Origin: Candidatus Woesearchaeota archaeon | Lineage (GTDB): Archaea; Nanobdellota; Nanobdellia; SCGC-AAA011-G17; GW2011-AR18 | NCBI GenBank assembly: GCA_018302765.1 | Contig: JAGVZG010000020.1 | Span: 1-37,589 of the forward strand | Length of the DNA stretch: 37,589 nucleotides | Reading direction: 5' to 3' | Part shown: one piece after another, positions 17,801 through 26,955 of the stretch | Numbering within the stretch: the stretch's first letter is position 1 | Layout of the letters: every line of letters starts with the position of its first letter | Program-made: the position numbers and the translations under genes | Notes under the pieces: generated by a model | The model's input: the letters and a program-made list of their open reading frames with translations, nothing else | What the model was told of the DNA's origin: nothing | Database searches by the model: none

Positions 17801-19099
17801 TTATTTCTTCCTCTTAATTATAGTTTTCTTACCTATAACCTTAACTCCATTCATGTATTTTCTTAAAACTTTTGGTACTACTACTGAGCCATCCTTTTGT
17901 TGAAAATTCTCAATTATTGCAACTAAAGCCCTTGATGTAGCAACTAAAGTACTGTTCAAAGTGTGAATATATTCATTTCTATTTTTAGTATTATATTTTA
18001 TACCTAACCTCACAGCCTGATAGTTTGTACAATTGCTGGAGCTTACAACTTCTCTATAAGCTTCTTGAACAGGATACCATACTTCTAAATCATATTTCTT
18101 AGCAGCAACAATCCCAATATCACCAGTGCAAACATTTACTTGTCTAAAATGTAATCCCAGACTCTTAAAAAAACCAATTGCATTTTTAATAAGTTCCTCA
18201 TGTAGTTTCCATGATTGTTCTGGTTTACAAAAAATCAATTGCTCAACTTTATTAAATTGGTGAACTCTAAATATTCCTTTCATGTCTTTTCCATGTGCAC
18301 CAGCTTCTTTTCTAAAATTAGTACTGTAACCTAACAACCTTATTGGTAATTTTTCTCCATCCAAAACCTCACCCATGTACATTGCAGTTATGGGGTGCTC
18401 AGAAGTAGCTATAGTATAAAGATCATCACCATCAATTTTATAAAGCATCTCTCCAAATGCTTCTAAATCCGTCACACCTTCGTAAGCTTTCCTATTCATC
18501 ATAAAAGGAGGAACAACCAAAGTATAATTTCTCTTAACCATAAAATCAATTCCATATCTCACTAAGGCTTGTTCAAGTAAAGCTAATTCTCCTTTTAAGA
18601 AATACCATCTCGCGCCTGAAATCTTTGCAGCTCTGTCTAAATCAACCCAGCCGTTCTTTTCTATTAAATCAACATGACTCAATAAATTAAACTTAGGCTT
18701 TTTTTTATTCCCGAACAATTTTACAATTTTATTATCCATATCACTATTTCCAAAAGGAACAGTTTCATGCAACAAGTTAGGAAGATTCATCAAAATTGAA
18801 GTAATTTTTATCTTTAGTTCATCTAGTCTTGCTTCCCCATTTTTAATTTCATTGGGTAAATCCTTTGCCTTAGCAACCAAACTAGAAATATCTTTTTTCT
18901 GCTTGCTTAAATTTGTAATTTCTAAAGTAATTTCATTTCTCTCATGTCTCAAATCATCAATTTTCCCTTTTAATTCTCTCCATTCTTTATCAAAAACAAT
19001 TAATTCATCAACAATTTTAAGATTATATTTTTCTCCCCTCTTACTCAGATTATTTTTTACAAATTCTTTGTTTCCTCTTATGAATTCTATATCTAGCAT
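17801..19099 (-). CDS. serS: Seryl-tRNA synthetase (canonical class II type)
   Basis: MLDIEFIR start, coiled-coil arm, ATSEHP, FRKEAG...GIFRVHQFNKVEQ, SSSNCTNYQA, HTLNST, ENFQQKDG. Confidence 0.97.
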   Translation of the reverse strand: MLDIEFIRGNKEFVKNNLSKRGEKYNLKIVDELIVFDKEWRELKGKIDDLRHERNEITLEITNLSKQKKDISSLVAKAKDLPNEIKNGEARLDELKIKITSILMNLPNLLHETVPFGNSDMDNKIVKLFGNKKKPKFNLLSHVDLIEKNGWVDLDRAAKISGARWYFLKGELALLEQALVRYGIDFMVKRNYTLVVPPFMMNRKAYEGVTDLEAFGEMLYKIDGDDLYTIATSEHPITAMYMGEVLDGEKLPIRLLGYSTNFRKEAGAHGKDMKGIFRVHQFNKVEQLIFCKPEQSWKLHEELIKNAIGFFKSLGLHFRQVNVCTGDIGIVAAKKYDLEVWYPVQEAYREVVSSSNCTNYQAVRLGIKYNTKNRNEYIHTLNSTLVATSRALVAIIENFQQKDGSVVVPKVLRKYMNGVKVIGKKTIIKRKK

Positions 19100-19305
19100 A
19101 AAATTATAAAACAACATTTATTATTAAACTTTTTGAAAAAGAGAATAAAAATATATAAAAAATGAACAAATTGAATAGTACCAATTCTCAAGTGGTTACT
19201 AATTTATTGACTTTGATATATACTTTTCAAAGAAAAGCTTTAAATATGAGTTTTACTATTTTATCTAAGTCAAAAAGAAGTGTATACGTTTTAGGGGGAT
19301 TTAAA

Positions 19306-19590
19306 TTGAGTGCTAAAAAAGTAGATACAGATATATTTGAGGTGTTTTTCAGAAGAAAACCAGCTATGATATTGGTGGCTTTGAGAAAAAATCAGAAAAA
19401 TAGGTATGGTTCAGTTCTGGCAAAGGAAGTTGATTGTACATATTCCCATGCTGTAAAGATTCTTCAAGAAATGGAAAAGGCAAAATTAGTAACTTTCGAA
19501 AAGCATGGAAGAATAAAAACAATTGCTCTGACAAATGAAGGAAACAAAATAGCAGAGTATATAGAAAAGATTGAAGAAGCTCTTAAATAA
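19306..19590 (+). CDS. Winged-helix DNA-binding protein
   Basis: TTG start after a GGGGGA SD-like element; LAKEVDCTYSHAVKILQEME...GRIKTIALTNEG wHTH pattern. Confidence 0.8.
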   Translation: MSAKKVDTDIFEVFFRRKPAMILVALRKNQKNRYGSVLAKEVDCTYSHAVKILQEMEKAKLVTFEKHGRIKTIALTNEGNKIAEYIEKIEEALK

Positions 19591-19621
19591 GTTTTTATAC
19601 CTATTTCTTTTTTCTTTTTTT

Positions 19622-21136
19622 ATGAATATAAAGAATTTTACCCCAAGGCTTTATCAAACAAATATTCTAAAAACTTGTAAAGAAAAAAATACTTTGGTTT
19701 GTATACCAACAGGTTTGGGTAAAACAAAAATAGCTATAATGCTGACTATAGAAAGACTAAAAGAATTTCAAAATACAAAAGCAATAATATTAACCCCGAC
19801 AAGACCGCTTGCAAATCAAATTTATAATGAGTTCAAAGAATGCACAAGCATTGAAGAATCAAAAACCTTTCTTCTGACTGGAAAAATAAACCCTAATAAA
19901 AGAGCAAAAATTTATGATAATTCAAATTTAATTGTTGCCACACCACAAACAATACAAGAAGACATAGAAAATAAAAGGCTTGATTTAACAAATACTTCTC
20001 TTTTAGTTATTGATGAAGCACATAGATCTAGGGAAAATTTCGCCAATACTGTCGTAGCAAGAGAATATATAAAAAAAGCAGAATTTCAAAGAATATTGGC
20101 ATTAACAGCATCGCCAGGATCAACAAAACAAAAAATAGAGGAAGTTTGTACAAATTTAAATATAGAAGCAATAGAAATAAGAACAGAAAACGATGAGGAT
20201 GTTACTCAATTTATACAAAATAAGGATATTGAATATATAAATGTAGAGTTTCCAGCAGAACTAAAAAAAATACATGACTTAATTAAAGAGGTTTACAAAT
20301 CCAAAATAGAAAACATAAAAAGTTTTAATATAAGTAAACCTACATCGCACATAACAAAAGTAGATTTAATAAATCTACAATTAAGATTGCAAAAAGAAAT
20401 AAAAAATAAAAATAATGCAGCATTCTATGGCTTGTTCTTAACTGCACAACTATTGAAATTAAGTCATGCAATGGAGGTAATAGAAACACAAGGACTAAAT
20501 CCATTAAATGAATTCCTAATAAAATTAGAAACAGAAACTACTAAATCTGCACAAGCAATATCTAAAGAGAAAAATATAATAAAAGCAAAAGAACTATGTA
20601 AAAATCTCATAGAAAAAGAAATAGATCATCCAAAAATAGAAAAACTAAAAGAAATAACTAAAAAAATAATTGAAGAAAAAGCGGATTCAAGGATAATAAT
20701 ATTTGCGACTTATAGGAACACAGTGGATAATATAGTAAGAACATTAAATAACATAGGAATAAAAACAACAAAATTAGTAGGTCAAAAAGAAGGGCTTACT
20801 CAAAAACAGCAAATAGAAGCAATAGAAGAATTTAATTCTGGAAAATATAATTGCCTCATCACAACGTCTATTGGGGAAGAAGGGATACACATTGGGGAAG
20901 CAGATATTGCAATATTCTATGATAATACACCTTCAAGCATAAGAAAGATACAAAGATCTGGAAGGGTTGGTAGATTAAAGCCCGGAAGAATAATATTTAT
21001 GATAACAAAAGGAACAAGAGACTCAGCATATTTTTGGAAATCAAAAAAGGATGAAAATAGGATGAAAAGTATTTTATATAAAATGAAAGAAAATAAATTT
21101 GAATTAAAACTACAAAAATCACTAAATGAGTTTTAA
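19622..21136 (+). CDS. hef: Hef/FANCM-like SF2 helicase (helicase half only), C-terminal PIP-like box
   Basis: PRLYQ Q-motif, PTGLGKT, IDEAHR, LTASPG, GEEGIHI, QRSGRVGR; ends QKSLNEF. Confidence 0.9.
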   Translation: MNIKNFTPRLYQTNILKTCKEKNTLVCIPTGLGKTKIAIMLTIERLKEFQNTKAIILTPTRPLANQIYNEFKECTSIEESKTFLLTGKINPNKRAKIYDNSNLIVATPQTIQEDIENKRLDLTNTSLLVIDEAHRSRENFANTVVAREYIKKAEFQRILALTASPGSTKQKIEEVCTNLNIEAIEIRTENDEDVTQFIQNKDIEYINVEFPAELKKIHDLIKEVYKSKIENIKSFNISKPTSHITKVDLINLQLRLQKEIKNKNNAAFYGLFLTAQLLKLSHAMEVIETQGLNPLNEFLIKLETETTKSAQAISKEKNIIKAKELCKNLIEKEIDHPKIEKLKEITKKIIEEKADSRIIIFATYRNTVDNIVRTLNNIGIKTTKLVGQKEGLTQKQQIEAIEEFNSGKYNCLITTSIGEEGIHIGEADIAIFYDNTPSSIRKIQRSGRVGRLKPGRIIFMITKGTRDSAYFWKSKKDENRMKSILYKMKENKFELKLQKSLNEF

Positions 21137-21137
21137 A

Positions 21138-21803
21138 ATGCCAAGAATAATTGTTGATCATAGAGAAAATAAAAAACTAATAAAAGAATTAATAAAGGAA
21201 GGAATGGATGTTGATATAAAACAACTAGATATTGCAGATTTCATATTACAGACAAAAAATTTAAACAACCAAATTCAAAATGTCGGTATAGAAAGAAAAA
21301 CAATAAATGATCTATTAAATTCAATTATAGATAAAAGATTAATAAATCAATTAATTATTCTTAAAGAAAATTTCGATAATCCTTTATTGATAATAGAAGG
21401 AGATGAAAATATTTACTCAATAAGAGACTTTCATCCAAACTCAATAAGGGGAGTAATTGCAACTGTTGCAATAGACTTTCAAATACCAATAATATATACA
21501 AAAAATGAGAGGGATTCTGCAAAGTATATATCTTTAATTGCAAAAAGATTGGAAAAAGCAAGAAAACCAATTAGTTTGACACCGAAAAGAAAACCATTGA
21601 CAGTACAGGAAAAACAATTATTTTTAGTAGAAAGTTTTCCAGGTATAGGCCCAATATTGGCAAAATCTATGCTAAAAGAATTCAAATCAATAAAAAATAT
21701 AATCAATGCCGAAGAACAAGAACTACAAAAAATAGACAAAATAGGAAAAATCAAATCTAAAGAATTAAAAAATTTATTCGAAGAAGAATTTAAATTCACT
21801 TAG
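21138..21803 (+). CDS. xpf: XPF/ERCC4 nuclease with HhH2 domain (nuclease half of Hef)
   Basis: IIVDHRE, IADFIL, IERKTINDL, LIIEG, FPGIGP..A, KIGKIKS. ATG is 1 nt after the helicase TAA. Confidence 0.9.
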   Translation: MPRIIVDHRENKKLIKELIKEGMDVDIKQLDIADFILQTKNLNNQIQNVGIERKTINDLLNSIIDKRLINQLIILKENFDNPLLIIEGDENIYSIRDFHPNSIRGVIATVAIDFQIPIIYTKNERDSAKYISLIAKRLEKARKPISLTPKRKPLTVQEKQLFLVESFPGIGPILAKSMLKEFKSIKNIINAEEQELQKIDKIGKIKSKELKNLFEEEFKFT

Positions 21804-21808
21804 TAATG

Positions 21809-22270
21809 TTATTTTTTAAACCCTAAGAAATACTCAACATCTAATGTATAATAATTATCTAAATTTTCTTTTATTCCTTTTATTCTGCAACTTAAAATAT
21901 AATCATATGCTGCTCCATTTATATCCTCAATTAATAAAAGTGAATTAATATTTCTATTATATAATAAATCTGAGAAATAAACTGCATTAAGGTTTATACC
22001 ATTAGTAATAATCTTATCTAAGTGAACTCTTTTAGGGATTATTGGTTTATTAGGAAAATGAGATGAAGGTGGTGGAGTAATGCTATCTAAACCAATAGAT
22101 TCCTGCAAATACTTAAAGAAAGAACCACAAGCCTCAGATATTCGATATGGATCCTCATTATGAAAAACAACAAAATGGTAATTCCTGCTTGGATCTAACA
22201 ATAAATAAGAAGCCTCTCTTAAAAATTTATCCAACCTTGTCTCTGCACAATCATCAATTAAAAATACCAT
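21809..22270 (-). CDS. Hypothetical protein (153 aa)
   Basis: Fills the gap between xpf and thpR; no motif recognised. Confidence 0.65.
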   Translation of the reverse strand: MVFLIDDCAETRLDKFLREASYLLLDPSRNYHFVVFHNEDPYRISEACGSFFKYLQESIGLDSITPPPSSHFPNKPIIPKRVHLDKIITNGINLNAVYFSDLLYNRNINSLLLIEDINGAAYDYILSCRIKGIKENLDNYYTLDVEYFLGFKK

Positions 22271-22308
22271 TAAAAACTAAAAAGGAAATTGTTGATTAAT
22301 AAAGATTA

Positions 22309-22845
22309 TTAAACTAAAGAATATCTTTTCAAAACTTCATAAGATGGACTGTCTTTGCTTAATACACTTTTATATAAAATGAAAGAGTTTACTTGAAATT
22401 CTAATGGTTCTAGTTTAACATTTTTAACAAAATCTAAAAAAAGATCTTTATTCTTAATAGCTTTTACACGTCCCAACGTTATATGCGCGCCAAGTTTAAC
22501 ATTTCCTACTTCTAAAGTTTCTGAATCTACCAATTTCTGCAATTCTACTATTTTATTATAAGGCTCAACACCAACCCAAATAACATTTATTCTCATATTG
22601 TTTGGATAAAAACCAAAGCCATTTAATTTAATTTTAAATTTCTTATAACTTACTTTACTTAAGTTGTGTTTTATTCTTTCTACAGTGTCAGAAGAAACAT
22701 CTCCAAGAAATTTCAAAGTAATATGAAGATTCTTTTTAGGAACCCAGTTAACCTTTGCTAAATTCTTAATTTTAAAAGAAAGTTCTAAATTAAACAAACA
22801 ATCTTTAATATTATCAGGCAAATCAATACCAATAAATAATCTCAT
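22309..22845 (-). CDS. thpR: RNA 2',3'-cyclic phosphodiesterase / 2'-5' RNA ligase (2H family)
   Basis: MRLFIGIDLP and two HxT motifs (HITLKFLG, HITLGRVK). Confidence 0.93.
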   Translation of the reverse strand: MRLFIGIDLPDNIKDCLFNLELSFKIKNLAKVNWVPKKNLHITLKFLGDVSSDTVERIKHNLSKVSYKKFKIKLNGFGFYPNNMRINVIWVGVEPYNKIVELQKLVDSETLEVGNVKLGAHITLGRVKAIKNKDLFLDFVKNVKLEPLEFQVNSFILYKSVLSKDSPSYEVLKRYSLV

Positions 22846-22895
22846 AAATAAAAAAGAGTTATTTAAGTTTAAAAATGTAACTTAAGGTGTTAATA

Positions 22896-24029
22896 TTAAC
22901 CAAACATCTCAACGTAGTTTGTATCTTCTTTACTCATATTATTCAATTTTGATACTGCATTAATAAAATCCTCATGAACAACATAATTTCTGTCATTTCT
23001 TATAGCAAAATAACCTGCCTCAGTACATAAAGCCTTTATATCAGCACCACTAAAACCTTCTATATCTTTATTTATTTGTTCAAAACTAACATCAGACAAA
23101 TTCATCTTAGAACTATGAATTTTAAGAATTTTAAATCTCGCATTTTCATCAGGAAAATCAATATCAATTAGTCTATCAAATCTTCCTGGCCTTAAAACAG
23201 CAGGATCCAAAATATCAAACCTGTTTGTAGCAGCAATTATCTTAACGTTATCCAAACTATTAAACCCATCAATCTCAGTAAGTAACTGCATAAAAGTCCT
23301 CTGAACCTCTCTTTCTCCAGAAGTTCCTAAATCCAATCTCTCTGCAGCAATTGCATCTATCTCATCTATAAAAACAATACTTGGTGCCTTCTCCCTAGCC
23401 AACTTAAATAAATCCCTAACAAGCTTTGCTCCTTCCCCTATAAATTTCTGAACTAATTCCGAACCAACTAACTCAATAAAAGTACATTTTGCACTTGTGG
23501 CAACTGCCTTGGCAAGCATTGTCTTACCAGTGCCTGGAGGACCATATAGCAAAACCCCTTTTGGAGGATCTATGCCAAGTTGAACAAATATTTCAGGCTT
23601 TAATAATGGCAGTTCAATAACTTCCTTAATTTCTCTAATTTTGTCATCCAAACCACCAACTTCATCCCAAGAAACATTTGGCTTATCAATAATAACAAAG
23701 TCTTCAACATCAAAACTATTTGAATTTTCCAATTTCTGAACCACAGTCAACGATCTTTGTTCAACTAAGACCAAATCACCTGTGCAAACTTCAAGATTTC
23801 CTGCAACATTGACAAGAAAGTGACTGCCATTTGGTACTTTAATTATAACTTTATTGCCTATAACTTTCTTAACTTCAGAAACCAACAAAGGCATTTCCTT
23901 AAATTTATTTAACTCTGCCTTAAGATAGTTCAAACTGTTTTTTAGTAATTGATTCTCATCTTGAACATCACTGCTTTGGTCGGGTTTGTAGAAATCTTTT
24001 GATTCTTTCTTCACCTTAATAATAGTCAT
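22896..24029 (-). CDS. pan: Proteasome-activating nucleotidase
   Basis: Coiled coil + OB domain, [41 protein letters not shown]; C-terminal MFG. Confidence 0.95.
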   Translation of the reverse strand: MTIIKVKKESKDFYKPDQSSDVQDENQLLKNSLNYLKAELNKFKEMPLLVSEVKKVIGNKVIIKVPNGSHFLVNVAGNLEVCTGDLVLVEQRSLTVVQKLENSNSFDVEDFVIIDKPNVSWDEVGGLDDKIREIKEVIELPLLKPEIFVQLGIDPPKGVLLYGPPGTGKTMLAKAVATSAKCTFIELVGSELVQKFIGEGAKLVRDLFKLAREKAPSIVFIDEIDAIAAERLDLGTSGEREVQRTFMQLLTEIDGFNSLDNVKIIAATNRFDILDPAVLRPGRFDRLIDIDFPDENARFKILKIHSSKMNLSDVSFEQINKDIEGFSGADIKALCTEAGYFAIRNDRNYVVHEDFINAVSKLNNMSKEDTNYVEMFG

Positions 24030-24126
24030 AAGATTATAACAAGGTAAAGCTTAATAAAAGTTTCTATGAAAATCTTTCAAAATAATTAGAAAAAGAATTT
24101 TAAAGAAAAAAATAAAAACAAATCAT

Positions 24127-24468
24127 ATGTTACTAACAAAAATATGTATCTTGTCAGCAATAATTGGTATAATATTGCTCATAATAATTGGAGATAAAGT
24201 TGAAGCTCCTTCTTCAACTATAAACTCAATAAAAAAAGAAGATGTAAACAAACCTATAAAAATTATAGGTGTCTCAAAGAATATTATAAACAAAGGTAAA
24301 TTAACAAAAATAGAATTAGAAGATAAAAGTGGTAAAATAGATATTATTGTATTCAACTCTAAAAAAATACCTATAAAAAAAGGTTCAACAATTGAGGTTT
24401 ACGGCAAAATTTCAGTATATGAAAATAAGCCACAAATATACGCAGAAACCATTAAAATAATCAATTAA
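24127..24468 (+). CDS. OB-fold protein with N-terminal TM/signal anchor
   Basis: Hydrophobic N-terminus; LEDKSGKIDIIVF...IEVYGKISVYENKPQIYAETI matches the tRNA_anti-type OB-fold pattern. Confidence 0.8.
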   Translation: MLLTKICILSAIIGIILLIIIGDKVEAPSSTINSIKKEDVNKPIKIIGVSKNIINKGKLTKIELEDKSGKIDIIVFNSKKIPIKKGSTIEVYGKISVYENKPQIYAETIKIIN

Positions 24469-24562
24469 CTACCATAAAATAATTAATATTTTAAAACAAT
24501 TACTATCGAAAAGAGATAACTATTTAAATCAGTAAATTATTATTGAATTATAAGGTGAAAAG

Positions 24563-25303
24563 ATGGTAGAACATATAAAAAGAGACTCATACAGGTTAGT
24601 TGAAGAATTCTCAAACAAGCAAGATGAAAATCCTTTTGGCAAAATTATTCCAGCACTAATGAAAAAAGGTTTAGAAAATGCAAATCTGTCAATGTTCAGT
24701 GAAGAAAAGAAAAAAGAATTACTAAATGCTGCTGGTGAAGAATATTTAAAAAGAACACAAGTCCTAGACGCTATAAAAATATTCAAAATGACTGATAATA
24801 AACTAAGGCTTGTGGAAATTGGTGATGAACACTATAAAATGGGTTTATTTTCATATGCAATTGAAGCTTACAAATTAGCAGAGGCTCATGATAAATTATT
24901 AAAAACAGGAGAAAAATGTCTTGAAGAAGGACACTTAGCAGAGGCTATAGCTGCATTTAAAATTATAAGCAATCAAGAAAAATTAAATAAAGTTGGAGAT
25001 TATTGTTTGGAAAAAGGAAAAATTGAATTTGCAATCGAAGTTTTCAGCGCACTTGAAAATAAAACAAAACTTCTAAATTTAGGAGACAAGTGTTTTGCAG
25101 AAAAACAGTTGCAGCACGCAGTGAAAGCATTTGAATTAGCAGGAGAAACAGAAAGATTAAATAAAGTAGGGGAAGAATTTATGAAAATTGGACTCCTCGC
25201 AAATGCATTGAGAGCATTTGAGGCTGCAGACAACAAAATGATGGTTCAATTTATAAAAGAAAACTTCGGAGATAGAGACTTGGCAGCAAGAGTCTACGTA
25301 TAA
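24563..25303 (+). CDS. Alpha-solenoid protein with six 29-aa repeats (clathrin-hairpin-like)
   Basis: Conserved Gly spaced exactly 29 residues apart (AGEEY, IGDEH, TGEKC, VGDYC, LGDKC, VGEEF), each followed by an A-x-x-x-F/Y helix. Confidence 0.85.
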   Translation: MVEHIKRDSYRLVEEFSNKQDENPFGKIIPALMKKGLENANLSMFSEEKKKELLNAAGEEYLKRTQVLDAIKIFKMTDNKLRLVEIGDEHYKMGLFSYAIEAYKLAEAHDKLLKTGEKCLEEGHLAEAIAAFKIISNQEKLNKVGDYCLEKGKIEFAIEVFSALENKTKLLNLGDKCFAEKQLQHAVKAFELAGETERLNKVGEEFMKIGLLANALRAFEAADNKMMVQFIKENFGDRDLAARVYV

Positions 25304-25316
25304 ATATTTTCTTACT

Positions 25317-25688
25317 ATGGAAGATTTCAATTTAGTTGTAAAAGAATTAATAAATAAAAATATAGAAGAAATAAATCTGCCTGAAAACATGAGGGAAGAA
25401 TTTGAAAAAACAGCAGAAAGATATGTAAAAAATGGAAATTATCTGGATGCAATCAAAGTTTTTGTATTAACAAAAAATAAAGAAAAGTTAATAGAAACTG
25501 CAAACCTATGCCTAAAAGAAAATAAACCTTATGATGCATTTCATGGATTTTATTATTCCAATGACACAGAAAACCTAAATAAAATGGGCTTTATCTTGTT
25601 GCAAATACCTGATATTGAAACTGCCTTCAAAGCATTCAAGAAGGCAGAAAATAAAGAAATGATAGATTTTATTGAAAAAAATTTCTGA
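25317..25688 (+). CDS. Shorter paralog with three 29-aa repeats
   Basis: Same period. Shares LDAIK.F, T.N/RLNK.G and the terminal MIDFIEKNF vs MVQFIKENF with the upstream gene. Confidence 0.85.
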   Translation: MEDFNLVVKELINKNIEEINLPENMREEFEKTAERYVKNGNYLDAIKVFVLTKNKEKLIETANLCLKENKPYDAFHGFYYSNDTENLNKMGFILLQIPDIETAFKAFKKAENKEMIDFIEKNF

Positions 25689-25752
25689 AATTCTGAAAAA
25701 TTTTCATAAATTTCTAAAAAGTAAATATTAACACATAAAATAAATAAAATTT

Positions 25753-26955
25753 ATGGAATATTTAGTAATTTTATTCTCCATACTAACAGGGATATTATTT
25801 GGTATAATAACTGGTTTAACGCCAGGTATTCATATAAATTTAATTGCAGCAATAATTATTACATCTTCATATGAAATTCTTAAGATCTTAGACCCAATTA
25901 CGATTGTAATAACAATAACTTCAATGACAATCACACACACCATATTAGATATAATACCTTCCACATTGCTTGGAATTCCAAATGCAGAAAACTTAACTAT
26001 GCTCTTGCCAGCACACAAATTAACTATAGAAGGAAATGCAAAAACAGCAATAAACTATGGTTTGTTGGGTAGTGCCTTGGGTATAATAATAACTATTGCC
26101 TTTTCTCCTTTAACAATAATAATCATACCTATAATTTATAATAAAATAAAAGAGTATATTGGATATATATTAATTATAATATTAAGCTACGTAATATTGA
26201 AAAGTAAAAATAAACTAATTTCCTTAGCATTTTTCTTAATAACTGGTATTGTTGGTATAATTTCATTCAATATAAAAACCATAGATCAGCCTTTGCTTCC
26301 AATGCTTTCTGGTTTATTTGGATTAAGTGCCTTAATATTAAGTATAAAAAATAAAATAATTATTCCAGAACAAAAAGAAGCAAACTTAGAAGTTTCAAAA
26401 AAAGATATAATAAAATATAGTATAACAACAACACTCTCATCCACATTGACAAATTTTCTTCCTGGATTAACATCATCTTACACTGCATTAATATCAAACA
26501 AAATAAGTAAAGTAAAAAACCAAGAGCATTATATTATATTATCTAATGCAGCAAATTCATCTGCTATAATAATAAGTTTCATAGCCCTTTACACAATAAA
26601 CAAAGCAAGGTCAGGAGCAGTAGCAACAATACAATACTTAATAAATTCAATTAATATGTCTACTTTAATATTAATTATAAGTATATCTTTAATAACATTA
26701 AGTGTAGTTACAATATTTGCAAAAATACTGAGTAATAAAATAATAAAAAACATTAACAAAATAAATTATCAAAAAACAAGTATTTTCATTATAATTCTAA
26801 TTATATTAATAGTATTAATAATTACAAGATTTGAAGGTTTAATAATTTTAATTGTTACAACAAGTATTGGCATTATAGTTGAAAAATTAAAAGTTGAAAA
26901 AATTACATTGACAGGGTGTCTTGTCGTTCCTGTAATAATTTATTATTTAATTTAA
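25753..26955 (+). CDS. TctA/DUF112-family polytopic membrane protein
   Basis: GLTPGIHIN, DIIPSTLLGIP, LLPAHKLTIEG, FLPGLTSS, ARSGA, and many TM helices. Confidence 0.85.
   Translation: MEYLVILFSILTGILFGIITGLTPGIHINLIAAIIITSSYEILKILDPITIVITITSMTITHTILDIIPSTLLGIPNAENLTMLLPAHKLTIEGNAKTAINYGLLGSALGIIITIAFSPLTIIIIPIIYNKIKEYIGYILIIILSYVILKSKNKLISLAFFLITGIVGIISFNIKTIDQPLLPMLSGLFGLSALILSIKNKIIIPEQKEANLEVSKKDIIKYSITTTLSSTLTNFLPGLTSSYTALISNKISKVKNQEHYIILSNAANSSAIIISFIALYTINKARSGAVATIQYLINSINMSTLILIISISLITLSVVTIFAKILSNKIIKNINKINYQKTSIFIIILIILIVLIITRFEGLIILIVTTSIGIIVEKLKVEKITLTGCLVVPVIIYYLI

Noticed and set aside
19162-19305. Extended N-terminus of the wHTH ORF (and the 19571-19621 extension of hef)
   Set aside because: These stretches contain promoter/SD-like or T-rich terminator-like sequence; TTG 19306 and ATG 19622 give domain-sized proteins.
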